DNA of 64,000 bases from an uncultured Corynebacterium sp. (GCF_943914615.1 NZ_CALUCS010000008.1:2037-66036), one strand, 5' to 3'. Shown: positions 10,488-25,061, numbered from the stretch's first letter. Program-made: numbers and translations. Notes: generated by a model from the sequence alone, not told the origin.

Positions 10488-11687
10488 CTACGCGTCCTGC
10501 TGCCGGATGTAATCCTCCATGTACGGCAGCGTGAATCGCACGCGACCGAATCCCGCCGGCTCGATCAGGTCGCGGGTAATGAGTCGGCTCCGCCATGTAG
10601 ACAGGCCTCTTGGCTCTACGCTCAGGTGGGCGGCGATGTCGCCAGTCTTGACAGCTCTCGTTGCCGGTGCTGCTGCGCTCACCGGTTCTGGTTCGGACGC
10701 CCCCTCGTCGGCACTAATCGCAGCCATCGCGCGGAGGAAGTTCATTTCACCCTCCGGCAGGCGGCTGAGTGCGGGCCGGTGAACGTGGCTGGTCATGCGG
10801 TCGATAGCCCGCTGGGAGGCAGTCTCCACATGTGTGGCCTCGATGCTGCCCGAATCGTCGATCCCGGCGGCCGCCCAGGACAGTGCGCCAACCACTTGGA
10901 TGAGGTAGGGGTATCCGCGGCAAATGTCGGTGGCGCGGACTAGGGCGTCATCAGTAAAAGGGCGGCCAGAATCCGCGGCGGTGATGGCGAGGGTCTTCGA
11001 GACTTCCTCAGTCGGCACAGCGTGGAGGTCGACGCGGAAGGCGCGGCGGAGGAACGTGGTGCCCTCGTGTTGCAACAGGGTGTCCACACCGTGGGGTAGG
11101 CCCGCGCAGACGAAGGCGATGTCGCGCTCATCGCGCATGAGGTCTTGGACCGCTGTGGCCAGGCGGTGGAGCTGGTCAAGGTCGGCGGATTGCAGCTCGT
11201 CGAGGGTGATGAGGATGCCGGTGCCGGTGATTGCGTCGGAGAGTTCGCGCAGGCGGGTGATGAGTGTTGGTACGCTGCGGAGCTCTTCAGCTCGGGAGTG
11301 GGCTTCAGTACGGAAGCTGCCCACGCCGGTGATGGAGGCTCCGGAGAGTTTGCGCTCCGGTGGCTGCTCGATGCTGGTGATGGAGGTTGGGATGGTCGTT
11401 TCAACCAGCTCCGCGATCATGTCGCTATTGGGGTAGGCACGCAGGACAATCCAACCCTGGGCGCGGGCTTTGTCCTCGATCTCATTGAGCAGCACCGTTT
11501 TGCCCACGCCACGCAAACCGCTGGCCAAGATCGTGCGGTGCGGGGAGCCGGGACCTTCGGCGAGACTGAGCTCGAAATCCTGCAGCAGCTCGGCCCTGCC
11601 TGCCAGGTAGTATGGCGACGTGCCGAAGCTGGGGCGGAATGGGTTGCGCTGGCCGGGTACGATGGCTTGGTAGGAGGGGTCGGACAT
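10488..11687 (-). CDS. AAA ATPase of the archaeal-ATPase type (PF01637/COG1672-like) with a C-terminal winged-helix domain
   Basis: P-loop GLRGVGKTVLLNEI, Walker B ILITLDELQ, C-terminal wHTH-like RSRLITRDLIEPAGFGRVRFTLPYMEDYI. Antisense to the flanking + operons. RBS GGAGG precedes the ATG at 11687. Confidence 0.7.
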   Translation of the reverse strand: MSDPSYQAIVPGQRNPFRPSFGTSPYYLAGRAELLQDFELSLAEGPGSPHRTILASGLRGVGKTVLLNEIEDKARAQGWIVLRAYPNSDMIAELVETTIPTSITSIEQPPERKLSGASITGVGSFRTEAHSRAEELRSVPTLITRLRELSDAITGTGILITLDELQSADLDQLHRLATAVQDLMRDERDIAFVCAGLPHGVDTLLQHEGTTFLRRAFRVDLHAVPTEEVSKTLAITAADSGRPFTDDALVRATDICRGYPYLIQVVGALSWAAAGIDDSGSIEATHVETASQRAIDRMTSHVHRPALSRLPEGEMNFLRAMAAISADEGASEPEPVSAAAPATRAVKTGDIAAHLSVEPRGLSTWRSRLITRDLIEPAGFGRVRFTLPYMEDYIRQQDA

Positions 11688-11717
11688 GTCTTACACCATA
11701 GTGAAAGCCTGGCGTTT

Positions 11718-11780
11718 TTGTTAGATCTGTTAGATCTCGGTGTGCTTGTTAGAAGTGTTAGATCTGGGATCTTTCGATCC
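11718..11780. promoter_or_regulatory. Triple direct repeat TGTTAGATCT plus palindrome GGATCtttcGATCC; candidate operator for the AAA ATPase and/or nifS
   Basis: gtTAGATCTgtTAGATCTcggtgtgcttgttagaagtgtTAGATCTgggatctttcgatcc. Lies in the 228-bp divergent intergenic region. Confidence 0.4.
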
Positions 11781-11978
11781 GGCTGTGCCCGTGCCAGTGT
11801 CCTTCTTGTACCTCCGAAGCATGAAGCATATAGATGATCGCGATGAGCAGGGCAGGAACTGCAAGGACAAGACCCATTGTTATCGCTCTTGCAGCTATCG
11901 ACTCCGACTACCTGAATGGTATCAAGAGGCAACGATCCCGTGAGCGATGTGCGGTGCCCAAGAAGTAGGGTAGGGGGC

Positions 11979-13223
11979 GTGAACAAAACCAACCACGCAA
12001 CGAAGAGCCCAGTTCCAGGATCGCCGACTGGTGCAGCGGGCGCGCGGGGGCGCCTGTACGTGGACAACGCGGCGTCCCAGGCGCTACGCCCCGAGGCGCA
12101 AGAGGCGATGGAGCGCGCCGCGGGACTGCTGAACCCCGCTGGCCAGTACAGGACCGGCCGCGATGCCCGCCGCAGCCTCGAGGACGCCCGCGAGCAGATC
12201 GCCGAGCTCCTCGGCGCGGATGCAGCAGAGGTGATCTTCACCGGCTCCGGCACGGAGGCCGACAACATTGCTATCCAAGGCCTCGCATACGGCTCGAAGG
12301 CCCACCGGGGCGCGCACGTGATCGCGAGCTCCGACATTGAACACCCCGCCGTGGTCGAGTCCGTCGACTGGCTCACCATGGGGCCGCTCGATCTGGGCTT
12401 TGAACGTGCGGTTCTTCCTGTGGACGCCGCCGGCCGCATCCGCGCCGAAGACTGGATTGCCGGCCTAGAAAGCGGCGCGGGCGCGCCCAGCGACCTCGCG
12501 CTGCTGACTTGCATGTGGGCCAACAACGAAACCGGCGCGATCCAGCCGGTGGAGCAACTCGCTAGCTTTGCTCGCAACAACGGCGTGCCTTTCCACACCG
12601 ACGCAGTGCAGGCCGTCGGCCACATCCCCGTTGACTTCCACGCCCTCGGCGCCACCACGCTCGCCGCCAGCGCCCACAAGTTCGGCGGCCCGAAGAACAC
12701 GGGCCTTCTGCTTGCCCGCCGGGACGCGGACATCTTAAGCCCCGTGCGCGGAGGCGGTCAGGAGCGAAAGCTCCGCTCCGGCACCGTAAACGTGCAGGGT
12801 GCGGTGGGATGCGCGGCGGCATTGGCGTCATCAATTAAAGAACTAGAACAAGCAACCGCCAGAATGCGCGTGGCGCGCGAGGTGCTGCGCGCGGCGGCGC
12901 AGGGCATCGATGGTGTGCGGATCTGGACTCCCGAGGTCGGCGCGCTGCCCGGGCACCTGCACATGAGCTTCCCCGGCGCTGAAGGCGACTCACTGATCAT
13001 GCTTTTGGACGCCGCCGGGGTGGACGCATCGACGGGCTCCGCCTGCAGCGCCGGGGTGAACCGCGCCAGCCACGTGCTGACCGCCATGGGCGTGCCAGTG
13101 GACGTGGCAAGGGGAGCGCTGCGGCTAACCCTGGGCGCGGACATCACCGACGACCAGGTCGAGTACCTGGCGGGCATCCTGCCGCGCGTGGTCGAGCAGG
13201 CCCGCGCTGCCGGAATGGCCTAG
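11979..13223 (+). CDS. Cysteine desulfurase (NifS/IscS family)
   Basis: LYVDNAASQ..., the SGTEADN motif and the PLP-lysine region [12 protein letters not shown]. Start placed at GTG 11979 after AGGGTAGGGGG; the ORF-track ATG at 11916 is also possible. Confidence 0.85.
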   Translation: MNKTNHATKSPVPGSPTGAAGARGRLYVDNAASQALRPEAQEAMERAAGLLNPAGQYRTGRDARRSLEDAREQIAELLGADAAEVIFTGSGTEADNIAIQGLAYGSKAHRGAHVIASSDIEHPAVVESVDWLTMGPLDLGFERAVLPVDAAGRIRAEDWIAGLESGAGAPSDLALLTCMWANNETGAIQPVEQLASFARNNGVPFHTDAVQAVGHIPVDFHALGATTLAASAHKFGGPKNTGLLLARRDADILSPVRGGGQERKLRSGTVNVQGAVGCAAALASSIKELEQATARMRVAREVLRAAAQGIDGVRIWTPEVGALPGHLHMSFPGAEGDSLIMLLDAAGVDASTGSACSAGVNRASHVLTAMGVPVDVARGALRLTLGADITDDQVEYLAGILPRVVEQARAAGMA

Positions 13224-13291
13224 CTGGGTGGTCCAGCGGAATGGCTCAGCGGAATGGCCTAAGAGGCCGGTACGCGAGTAGGGTGCCAAAC

Positions 13292-14515
13292 ATGCGAGTA
13301 GTAGCAGCAATGAGTGGCGGTGTGGATTCCGCCGTGGCGGCCTCCCGAGCGCTCGAGGCCGGACACGAAGTGATCGGCGTACACCTGGCGCTATCCCAGT
13401 CTCCCGAGGCCGTGCGGGCGGGTTCGCGCGGGTGCTGCTCCCTGGAGGACTCCGCGGACGCGCGGCGCGTGGCCGACAAGCTGGGGATCCCTTTCTACGT
13501 GTGGGACTTCTCCGACCGCTTCAAGGCCGACGTGATCGACGACTTCGTGGATTCCTACGCCATTGGCGAGACCCCGAACCCGTGCCTGCGTTGCAACGAG
13601 AAGATCAAGTTTGAGGCGCTGCTGGACCGTTCCATCGCGCTGGGATTCGACGCGGTGGTGACCGGCCACTACGCCCGCCTGCACGACGGTGTGATGCGCC
13701 GCGGCGTAGACGCCAACAAGGACCAGTCCTACGTTCTGGGCGTGCTTACCGACGAGCAGCTGGCGCACTGCATGTTCCCGGTCGGCGACACAGTTAAGCC
13801 GGAGATCCGCGAGGAGGCGAAGGACCGCGGTTTCGGCGTGGCCTCCAAGCCGGATTCCCACGACATCTGCTTCATCCCCGACGGCCAGACGCAGGCGTTT
13901 CTAGGCAAGAAGATCGGCCTGCGGCCGGGGTTGATGAAGGACCAGGACGGCTCGACCGTTGCCGAACACGACGGCGTGTACGGCTTCACCATCGGCCAGC
14001 GCAAGGGGTTGGGGTTGCCGCGCGAGGGCCTGGACGGCAAGCCGCGCTATGTGACGGATATTGACGCCGCCACGGGCACCGTGACCATCGGTCAGCGCGA
14101 CGACCTACGGGTCGGTGGGATCACGGCCGATCGACTGAAGCGCCTGGACCCTTCCGTGCATGGCCGCGAGTTTGAGTGCGAAGTACAGGTGCGCGCCCAC
14201 GGTGGGGTAGTGCCCGCCACCGCGCGGCTGGTGGACGACCCGGAGGGGACCACGCCGGCGGGGCGCGTCAAGAAGGAGGGCGAGAGCCCGTGGCGCCTGG
14301 AGCTGGACCTGCACGAGCCGCTGCAAGGTGTGGCGCGCGGTCAGGCCGCCGTGGTCTACCAGCCGGACGTCGACGGCGACATGCTGCTGGGCAGCGGCAC
14401 CATTCGCGCTACTGCGCCGTGGAGCGATGCGGGTGATCCCGCGCCGCGGGATAGCGTGGCGAATGTCGGAGCCGCTGGCAGCGCGGGTGAGAGCGCAACG
14501 CCAGCAGAGGCGTAG
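13292..14515 (+). CDS. mnmA: tRNA-specific 2-thiouridylase
   Basis: [17 protein letters not shown] (PP-loop SGGVDS) and the [10 protein letters not shown] motif. Start at ATG 13292. Confidence 0.85.
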   Translation: MRVVAAMSGGVDSAVAASRALEAGHEVIGVHLALSQSPEAVRAGSRGCCSLEDSADARRVADKLGIPFYVWDFSDRFKADVIDDFVDSYAIGETPNPCLRCNEKIKFEALLDRSIALGFDAVVTGHYARLHDGVMRRGVDANKDQSYVLGVLTDEQLAHCMFPVGDTVKPEIREEAKDRGFGVASKPDSHDICFIPDGQTQAFLGKKIGLRPGLMKDQDGSTVAEHDGVYGFTIGQRKGLGLPREGLDGKPRYVTDIDAATGTVTIGQRDDLRVGGITADRLKRLDPSVHGREFECEVQVRAHGGVVPATARLVDDPEGTTPAGRVKKEGESPWRLELDLHEPLQGVARGQAAVVYQPDVDGDMLLGSGTIRATAPWSDAGDPAPRDSVANVGAAGSAGESATPAEA

Positions 14516-14522
14516 CGCGGCG

Positions 14523-15638
14523 ATGGCAGGCAACACCGCGCAGTCGGAGCCGATCGGGCGCCTGGGCTGGTGGGAGAACACCGTCACGGACCACGCGGAG
14601 GTGCGCGCAGCGATCCAGTCCGCGCTGACCCGCACGTGCGACGTGGACGAGGACACGGGCGTGCCTCCAGCTCTGTCGCTTCCGCGCTGTGGCCGGGCGG
14701 GGGACCTCACGGCGCTGACGGCCAGCTTCGCGCAGCTGCCGATCCGCGCTAATACCCGCGGGTGGGAGCTGACTACCCATCCGAGCCTGGAATCCCGCCG
14801 CATGGACGGCTGGGTACGCGAGGCGACGGATGCCGCCGAGGAGCTGCTAGCGGGCAAGGTCGAGCGGCTGATGCTGCACGTCACCGGCCCGTGGACCTTC
14901 GGTGCGGACGTGGAGTTCCGCGGCCACCCAGTTTTGCGCGACCGCCCGGCGTTTAAGGACTGCGCCCTGCACCTGGGTTTCGGCGTAGAGCAGGTCGCGG
15001 GCGCGCTGTCAGCGGCGCTCGGCTGCGAAGTCATCATTGCGCTCCACGAGCCGCGCGTCCGCGAGGTCATGGGTGGCCTGCCCGGCGCCACCCGCTTCGA
15101 TACGATCCCCGCCGTCGACCGTGAGTTCATCTACGGGGTGTGGGAGCGCTTCCAGCAGCAGGTCTCGCGCCCGGTGGTGCTGGACACGGGGTCTTTGATC
15201 GATGACGCCCTCTCGCACGCGCCCGGCTTCCACCGCATCGTGGTGCCCGCGGATCAGTTGCGGACAACCAGCGGCAAAGACCTGGTTGGCGGGATGATCG
15301 GACGCGGCCAGGGGATTGGCTGGGCGGTGCCCCAGATGGCGCCGCCGGTTGGCAGGGAGACTGCCGGCGGTCGAGGGCATGCTGTCGGGCATCCGGAGCC
15401 AGCCGGTGGGGAGAGTGTCGGCGCCTCTGCCGAGGACGTCAGCGGGGCCGACGTGGAGGCCGCCGCGGGCGACATCGCCCGCGCCGTCCTAAGTCAGTGG
15501 GCGCAATGGACCCTGCCCGCCGATGAACTGCCGGGGCTGGTGGACATCGTGGTGCCCGAGGGCAAGCGCACCGCCGCGCAGGCCTCCGTGGCTGCGGCGC
15601 GGGCGCGCCACGCGGCGGCGCTGCTCTGGCGCAATTGA
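14523..15638 (+). CDS. Conserved hypothetical protein downstream of mnmA
   Basis: 371-aa ORF with coding-like periodicity and no recognised motif. Start at ATG 14523; the track extension would overlap mnmA. Confidence 0.5.
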   Translation: MAGNTAQSEPIGRLGWWENTVTDHAEVRAAIQSALTRTCDVDEDTGVPPALSLPRCGRAGDLTALTASFAQLPIRANTRGWELTTHPSLESRRMDGWVREATDAAEELLAGKVERLMLHVTGPWTFGADVEFRGHPVLRDRPAFKDCALHLGFGVEQVAGALSAALGCEVIIALHEPRVREVMGGLPGATRFDTIPAVDREFIYGVWERFQQQVSRPVVLDTGSLIDDALSHAPGFHRIVVPADQLRTTSGKDLVGGMIGRGQGIGWAVPQMAPPVGRETAGGRGHAVGHPEPAGGESVGASAEDVSGADVEAAAGDIARAVLSQWAQWTLPADELPGLVDIVVPEGKRTAAQASVAAARARHAAALLWRN

Positions 15639-15731
15639 TTGTGCAACTGGTGCTGCTCTAGCGCAGACCCGGCGCGCCTGAGCGCGGCCTGCACAGCCGA
15701 GCGCAACTGGGCGCGGCGCACGCCAGCCGCG

Positions 15732-16562
15732 CTAGAACTCCTCGTAGACTGCCGGATCCTGGTTCTTCCGGCGCCCGTCCGGGCGGCCCAGCGCCGGGAT
15801 GGCCTCGATCTCCGCGTCACTCAGCGTCACGTTCAGCGAGTCCAAGTTTTCGCGCTGCCGATCCTCTGAGGCAGCCTTCGGGATCGCCAACACCCCGCGG
15901 CCGCGGTGCCACGCGAGGACGACCTGCCCGGGGGTTGCGGAGTGGGCGTCAGCAATCTCGGCAATGACCGGCTCCTCCAGAACCGCGCCGCGCAACAGCG
16001 GCGACCAGGCCTGCGTCACGATGCCCAGCTCGCGGTGTGCCGCGACGGCCTCGGCCTGCGGGAAGTGCGGGTGCAGCTCGATCTGGTTGACCACCGGGTA
16101 CTCGCCAGTAGCGGCGTGGACGGCCTCCAGGTGCTCGGGTAGGAAGTTGCACACGCCCACGTGGCGGATCAGCCCGCGTTCGCGCAGCTCCAGCAGCGTT
16201 TCGAAGGCTTCGACGTAGTGGCCCTGCTTGGGATTCGGCCAGTGGATGAGGTGCAGGTCGATGCGATCCAGCCCCAAACGGAAGAGGGATTCCTCGACGG
16301 AAGCTACAGCGTCGTCGTGCCGCTGATAACGGCCGGGCAGCTTGGAGGTGACGATCACCTCGTCGCGGCGGATCCCGCCGGCGCCGGTCGCAGCGCGGAC
16401 GCCCGCGCCCACCGCGCCCTCATTTTCGTAGTTGTAGGCCGTGTCGATCAAACGGTAACCCGCGCGGATGCCTGCAGCCACGGAGTCCGCGCCCGCCTGA
16501 CCCTGCATCTTGTAGGTGCCGAGCCCGATCTCCGGGAGGGAAAGTGCTGTGGTTTCAGTCAT
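15732..16562 (-). CDS. Aldo/keto reductase (2,5-diketo-D-gluconate reductase-like)
   Basis: LGTYKM..., IDTAYNYENE, LIHWP and IPKAASEDRQRENL motifs. Confidence 0.85.
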   Translation of the reverse strand: MTETTALSLPEIGLGTYKMQGQAGADSVAAGIRAGYRLIDTAYNYENEGAVGAGVRAATGAGGIRRDEVIVTSKLPGRYQRHDDAVASVEESLFRLGLDRIDLHLIHWPNPKQGHYVEAFETLLELRERGLIRHVGVCNFLPEHLEAVHAATGEYPVVNQIELHPHFPQAEAVAAHRELGIVTQAWSPLLRGAVLEEPVIAEIADAHSATPGQVVLAWHRGRGVLAIPKAASEDRQRENLDSLNVTLSDAEIEAIPALGRPDGRRKNQDPAVYEEF

Positions 16563-16576
16563 TCGTTCCTGCCTTT

Positions 16577-20636
<4,060 letters not shown>

Positions 20637-20853
20637 GGGGGATCAGCGCCTTTCTATTGTCTTTGTTGTCTGCGAATTTTTACAAGGGTGGGACGCAACG
20701 CGGGCGCATAATGTTCCCAGCGCGGAAAAAGTTCCCGGTAAAAGAATTTTGTTGTGAAGAAAATACTAGGAAACAAAGCTTTGACCCGCATGAAAAGCGT
20801 TCTTTTTCGAACGGTAACGAGGGGTGTCCGGGGGCACCTATAAAGTGGTCAGC

Positions 20854-21528
20854 ATGACTGCACCGCATTTTGACCCGGCACACATGCTGAGCTTCGACCT
20901 GGAAACCACTGGAGTAGACCCGAAGACCGCTCGTATCGTCACCAGCGCACTCGTGACCATCAAGGGGCGCGAGCGAAATGACATCGAGATGCTCGCCGAT
21001 CCCGGCGTCGAGATTCCGCAGCAGGCCTCCGACGTCCACGGGATTACCACCGAATACGCCCGCGAGCACGGCCAGGATCATGGAGAAGTGCTGGCCAAAA
21101 CCATCGAGGGCATCCGGGAGGCATGGCGCTCCGGCGCCACGCTGATTGTTTACAACGCCGCCTATGACCTCAGCGTTCTGCGCGCCTTGGAACCCAGCTT
21201 CACTGTCGACGGTCCGGTATTCGATCCCTATGTGGTTGATAGGGCAAAGGATCAGTACCGCAAGGGCAAACGGACCCTGGAAAGCGTGTGCCAGCACTAT
21301 GGTGTGAGCTTGGACAACGCCCACGAGGCGACGGCAGATGCGGTGGCCGCCGCCCGCGTGGCGTGGATGCTGGCGCGCAAGTATCCCGAGCTGACGCAGA
21401 TGCCAGCGGATGAACTGATGCTTTCGCAGGCCACGTGGTTCTACGAGTCTCAGAAAGGACTGCAAGAGTGGTTCCAGAAGAAGGGCAAGGACGTGCAGGT
21501 CAACACCGCTTGGCCGCTCGCCGAGTAG
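20854..21528 (+). CDS. DnaQ-like 3'-5' exonuclease (DNA polymerase III epsilon-like)
   Basis: Exo I FDLETTG, Exo II YNAAYDLSVL, Exo III HEATADAVAAARV. Start at ATG 20854, or 20824. Confidence 0.75.
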   Translation: MTAPHFDPAHMLSFDLETTGVDPKTARIVTSALVTIKGRERNDIEMLADPGVEIPQQASDVHGITTEYAREHGQDHGEVLAKTIEGIREAWRSGATLIVYNAAYDLSVLRALEPSFTVDGPVFDPYVVDRAKDQYRKGKRTLESVCQHYGVSLDNAHEATADAVAAARVAWMLARKYPELTQMPADELMLSQATWFYESQKGLQEWFQKKGKDVQVNTAWPLAE

Positions 21529-21748
21529 TTTGGCGAAATCCTATAGCAGCGCCTATTTGTTTCTTATCTTCCCCAAGTAGCACAATAAAGGTGTTAGGGT
21601 CCTTTTCCTGTTTCTTTCTGACGCCCACTCGGCCCCGGCCGAACCCGAAGGGAAGTCACTGTTGCGGCAGGGGATGAAGACCGACGCTTCAAGAAGACAG
21701 CTGAATACAGAGATCATCTGAATACACCGAAATGGGGCACTAGGGATC

Positions 21749-23200
21749 ATGGACGATAAAAGAAATCCCCAGGGCGCTGCTCCTGGATACGCAGTCGCTT
21801 CCACTCCGAAGATCGCGGAGTCTAAGAGGGAGAAGAAAGACAACACCCACTGGCTGTACATTGCCGTGATCATTGCCGTGATCGCCGGCATCATCTTCGG
21901 CCTAGTGGCTCCAGATACCGCCAAGGGCTTTAAAGAGCTGGGCACCACTTACGTCAGCCTGATCAAGATGATCATCGCCCCGGTGATCTTCTGCACGATC
22001 GTGCTGGGAATCGGCTCGGTGAGGTCTGCGGCGTCAGTAGGTAAAGCAGGCGGCCTGGCACTGACCTACTTCGTTACGATGTCCACCTTCGCCCTCGCGG
22101 TGGGCCTGGTGGTCGGCAACATCCTGCAGCCGGGCGATGGCCTGAACCTGCACGCCGGCGGGAGTAGCACCTTCGGCAACGGCGAAGAGCAGAAGGCCGA
22201 AGGACTGGTTGGCTTCGTTCAAGGCATCGTCCCGGACACCTTCTTCGGCGCCTTCACCAGTGGCCAGATCCTGCAGGTGCTTTTCATTGCTCTACTGGTG
22301 GGCTTTGCCACGCAGTCGATGGGCAAGGCCGGCGAACCGATCCTTAGCTTCGTGGCTACGCTACAGAAACTGGTATTCAAGATTCTGTCCTGGATCCTGT
22401 GGCTCGCCCCGATCGGCGCCTTCGGTGCCATGGCTGGTGTAGTCGGCGGCACGGGCATCAAGGCAGTTCTGCAGCTGGGCGTGCTGATCCTCGGCTTCTA
22501 CATCACCTGTGTGATTTTCGTATTCGGCATCCTGGGCCTCATCCTGCGGGTATTCACGGGCTTCAACATCTTCAAACTGGCGAAGTACCTGGGTCGCGAA
22601 TACCTGCTGATCTTCGCCACCAGCTCCTCGGAGTCTGCACTGCCGAACCTGATGCGCAAGATGGAGCACATCGGTGTGGACAAGTCCACGGTCGGCATCG
22701 TCGTGCCGACGGGCTACTCCTTCAATCTAGACGGCACCGCCATCTACCTGACGATGGCCGCCATCTTCATCTCGGACGCCATGAATATCCACATGGGACT
22801 CGGCGACCAGATCAGCCTGCTGGTGTTCATGATCATCGCCTCCAAGGGCGCGGCGGGCGTGTCCGGCGCGGGCATCGCCACGCTGGCAGCCGGCCTGCAG
22901 TCCCACCGCCCGGAGCTGCTGGGTGGCGTGGACATCATCGTCGGCATCGACCGCTTCATGTCCGAGGCCCGCGCGCTGACCAACTTCTCCGGCAACGCAG
23001 TGGCCACCCTGCTGGTCGGCAAGTGGACACACACCATCGACAAGGAACAGGTCAAGCGCGTGCTGAACGGCGAGGACCCGTACGTGGATGCCGGGGACGA
23101 CCACAACGTCGACCTCAAATACCCGTCGGTGAAGAACCCGGCTACGGCACACCTGCAGCCAACCCCGCAGGTAAACCTGGACGACTACCGTCAGCAATAA
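21749..23200 (+). CDS. dctA: Dicarboxylate/amino acid:cation symporter (DctA/GltP family)
   Basis: About 10 TM segments and DAACS-family motifs (GFATQSMGKAG, SSSESALP, VPTGYSFNLDGT). Confidence 0.8.
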   Translation: MDDKRNPQGAAPGYAVASTPKIAESKREKKDNTHWLYIAVIIAVIAGIIFGLVAPDTAKGFKELGTTYVSLIKMIIAPVIFCTIVLGIGSVRSAASVGKAGGLALTYFVTMSTFALAVGLVVGNILQPGDGLNLHAGGSSTFGNGEEQKAEGLVGFVQGIVPDTFFGAFTSGQILQVLFIALLVGFATQSMGKAGEPILSFVATLQKLVFKILSWILWLAPIGAFGAMAGVVGGTGIKAVLQLGVLILGFYITCVIFVFGILGLILRVFTGFNIFKLAKYLGREYLLIFATSSSESALPNLMRKMEHIGVDKSTVGIVVPTGYSFNLDGTAIYLTMAAIFISDAMNIHMGLGDQISLLVFMIIASKGAAGVSGAGIATLAAGLQSHRPELLGGVDIIVGIDRFMSEARALTNFSGNAVATLLVGKWTHTIDKEQVKRVLNGEDPYVDAGDDHNVDLKYPSVKNPATAHLQPTPQVNLDDYRQQ

Positions 23201-23393
23201 CCCAGCGGGCGGTAGCCTGCCGGGTGCGAGTGCGCGGCTTGAACACGGCGCAGCAGGCGCTGGGCAAGTCCGACCGCTGGCCGTGCCCGGCAGGTGGCGG
23301 ACACCGTGGCCCGGGCAAGCGCGCAGTAGTCACTGGGCGGCAGCAGGGGACTGCCGCGTAAGGGGGATCACCGGCAGGACTATACTGAAGCGC

Positions 23394-25061
23394 ATGTCAC
23401 ATGAAGCTTCACGTCGCGTACGCGAGGAGAACGCCCCGGCAGGGCAGGCCCCAAACACAGAAGAAAACGCCGGCACGGAAGCCGCCGCAGCGGAAGCCGT
23501 TGTCGGTGCTGATTCCAACACAGACACGGAGGCCATCTCCGGTGCGGAGTATCTAAAGAAGATCGTCTCCGCACCCGTCTACCGCGTGGCCACGAACACG
23601 CCACTCGAAGACATGGAAACGCTGTCGAAGCGTATCGGCAACGAAGTGTTGGTCAAGCGCGAAGACCTACAGCCCGTGCACAGCTTCAAGATCCGCGGTG
23701 CATTCAACCGCATGTCCCAGCTCACGGACGAAGAACGCGCCCGTGGAGTCGTCGCCGCCTCCGCCGGCAACCACGCCCAAGGCGTAGCGCTATCCGGCAC
23801 GGAACTTGGCATCCGCACCGTTATCGTTATGCCGGAAGTGACCCCCAGCATCAAGATCGACGCCGTTCGCAGCTTCGGCGGGGAAGTGCTGCTGCACGGC
23901 GCGAACTTCGACGAAGCCAAGGCCAAGGCCATGGAACTCTCCGAGGTTGAGGGCATGGTGTGGGTCGCCCCCTTCGACGACGAAGCCGTCATCGCTGGTC
24001 AAGGCACCGCAGGGCTGGAGATCTTCCAATCCCGCCCCGACGTCGACCGCGTCTTCGTACAGGTCGGCGGCGGCGGACTGGCCGCCGGGATCTCCGTGCT
24101 GCTCAAAAACCTAGATCCCAACATCCAGGTCATCGGCGTGGAGCCGGAGGAATCCGCCTGCCTCACCCACGCACTCGCCGCCGGGCACCCCGTGGCCCTC
24201 GACCACGTCAGCCTCTTCGCCGAAGGCGTGGCCGTTAAGCAGATTGGCAGTGAAACCTTCCGAGTCTGCCGCGAATACCTCGACGACGTCATCACCGTCA
24301 GCTCCGACGAGATCAGCGCTGCTATCAAGGACATCTTCGACGACACGCGCGCCATCGCCGAGCCAGCCGGCGCTGTCGCCCTGGCAGGCCTGAAGCGCTA
24401 CGCCGCCACCCATCAGGTCGAAGGGGAGACCCTGGCACACGTCCTGTCCGGCGCGAACGTGAACTTCCACTCCCTGCGCTACGTCTCCGAACGCGCGGAA
24501 ATCGGCGAGGGCGGCGAAGGCATCTTCGGCGTGAGCATCCCCGAGCGCGAGGGAGCCTTCCTTGAATTCTGCAAAATCCTCGGCCACCGTGCCGTCACAG
24601 AATTCAGCTACCGAGTCGGCCAGCGCGATGGGGAAAAGCCCGCCCGCATTTTCGTGGGCGTCAAGCTCAAAAACGGCGAAGACGAGCGCAAGGCCATCGC
24701 CGAAGACCTCCGCGAGGCAGGCTACGGCGTGGTCGACCTGTCCGACGACAACGTGGCGAAGGAACACGTCCGCTACATGATCGGCGGCACTCCCGGCCAG
24801 CACGTCGACGAAACCGCCTACAGCTTCGAATTCCCCGAAAACCCGGGAGCCCTGCTGCACTTCCTGGAAGTGCTGGGAACCCGCTGGAACATCACCGGTT
24901 TCCACTACCGCAGTTTCGGCATGGACCACGGGCGTGTGCTGGCGGCTTTCGAGGACGTCTCCGGCGACGCGGAATTCCAGGAGCACCTGCAGCAGCTCGG
25001 CTACCACGCCACGGACGTGACGGACAGCCCGGCCTACGACTTTTTCATCAGCGCCGAATAA
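23394..25061 (+). CDS. ilvA: Threonine dehydratase, biosynthetic, with a low-complexity N-terminal extension
   Basis: PLP fold (SFKIRGAF, SAGNHAQGVA, GVQVGGGGL) and two C-terminal ACT-like regulatory domains. Start at ATG 23394; the ORF-track start at 23283 is rejected. Confidence 0.85.
   Translation: MSHEASRRVREENAPAGQAPNTEENAGTEAAAAEAVVGADSNTDTEAISGAEYLKKIVSAPVYRVATNTPLEDMETLSKRIGNEVLVKREDLQPVHSFKIRGAFNRMSQLTDEERARGVVAASAGNHAQGVALSGTELGIRTVIVMPEVTPSIKIDAVRSFGGEVLLHGANFDEAKAKAMELSEVEGMVWVAPFDDEAVIAGQGTAGLEIFQSRPDVDRVFVQVGGGGLAAGISVLLKNLDPNIQVIGVEPEESACLTHALAAGHPVALDHVSLFAEGVAVKQIGSETFRVCREYLDDVITVSSDEISAAIKDIFDDTRAIAEPAGAVALAGLKRYAATHQVEGETLAHVLSGANVNFHSLRYVSERAEIGEGGEGIFGVSIPEREGAFLEFCKILGHRAVTEFSYRVGQRDGEKPARIFVGVKLKNGEDERKAIAEDLREAGYGVVDLSDDNVAKEHVRYMIGGTPGQHVDETAYSFEFPENPGALLHFLEVLGTRWNITGFHYRSFGMDHGRVLAAFEDVSGDAEFQEHLQQLGYHATDVTDSPAYDFFISAE

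Noticed and set aside
11417-12733. 438-aa minus-strand ORF
   Set aside because: Antisense to the cysteine desulfurase gene and overlapping the AAA ATPase start. Ser/Ala/Arg-rich with no domain.
14105-15130. 341-aa minus-strand ORF
   Set aside because: Antisense to mnmA and the conserved hypothetical; shadow ORF.
24111-25007. 298-aa minus-strand ORF
   Set aside because: Antisense to ilvA.
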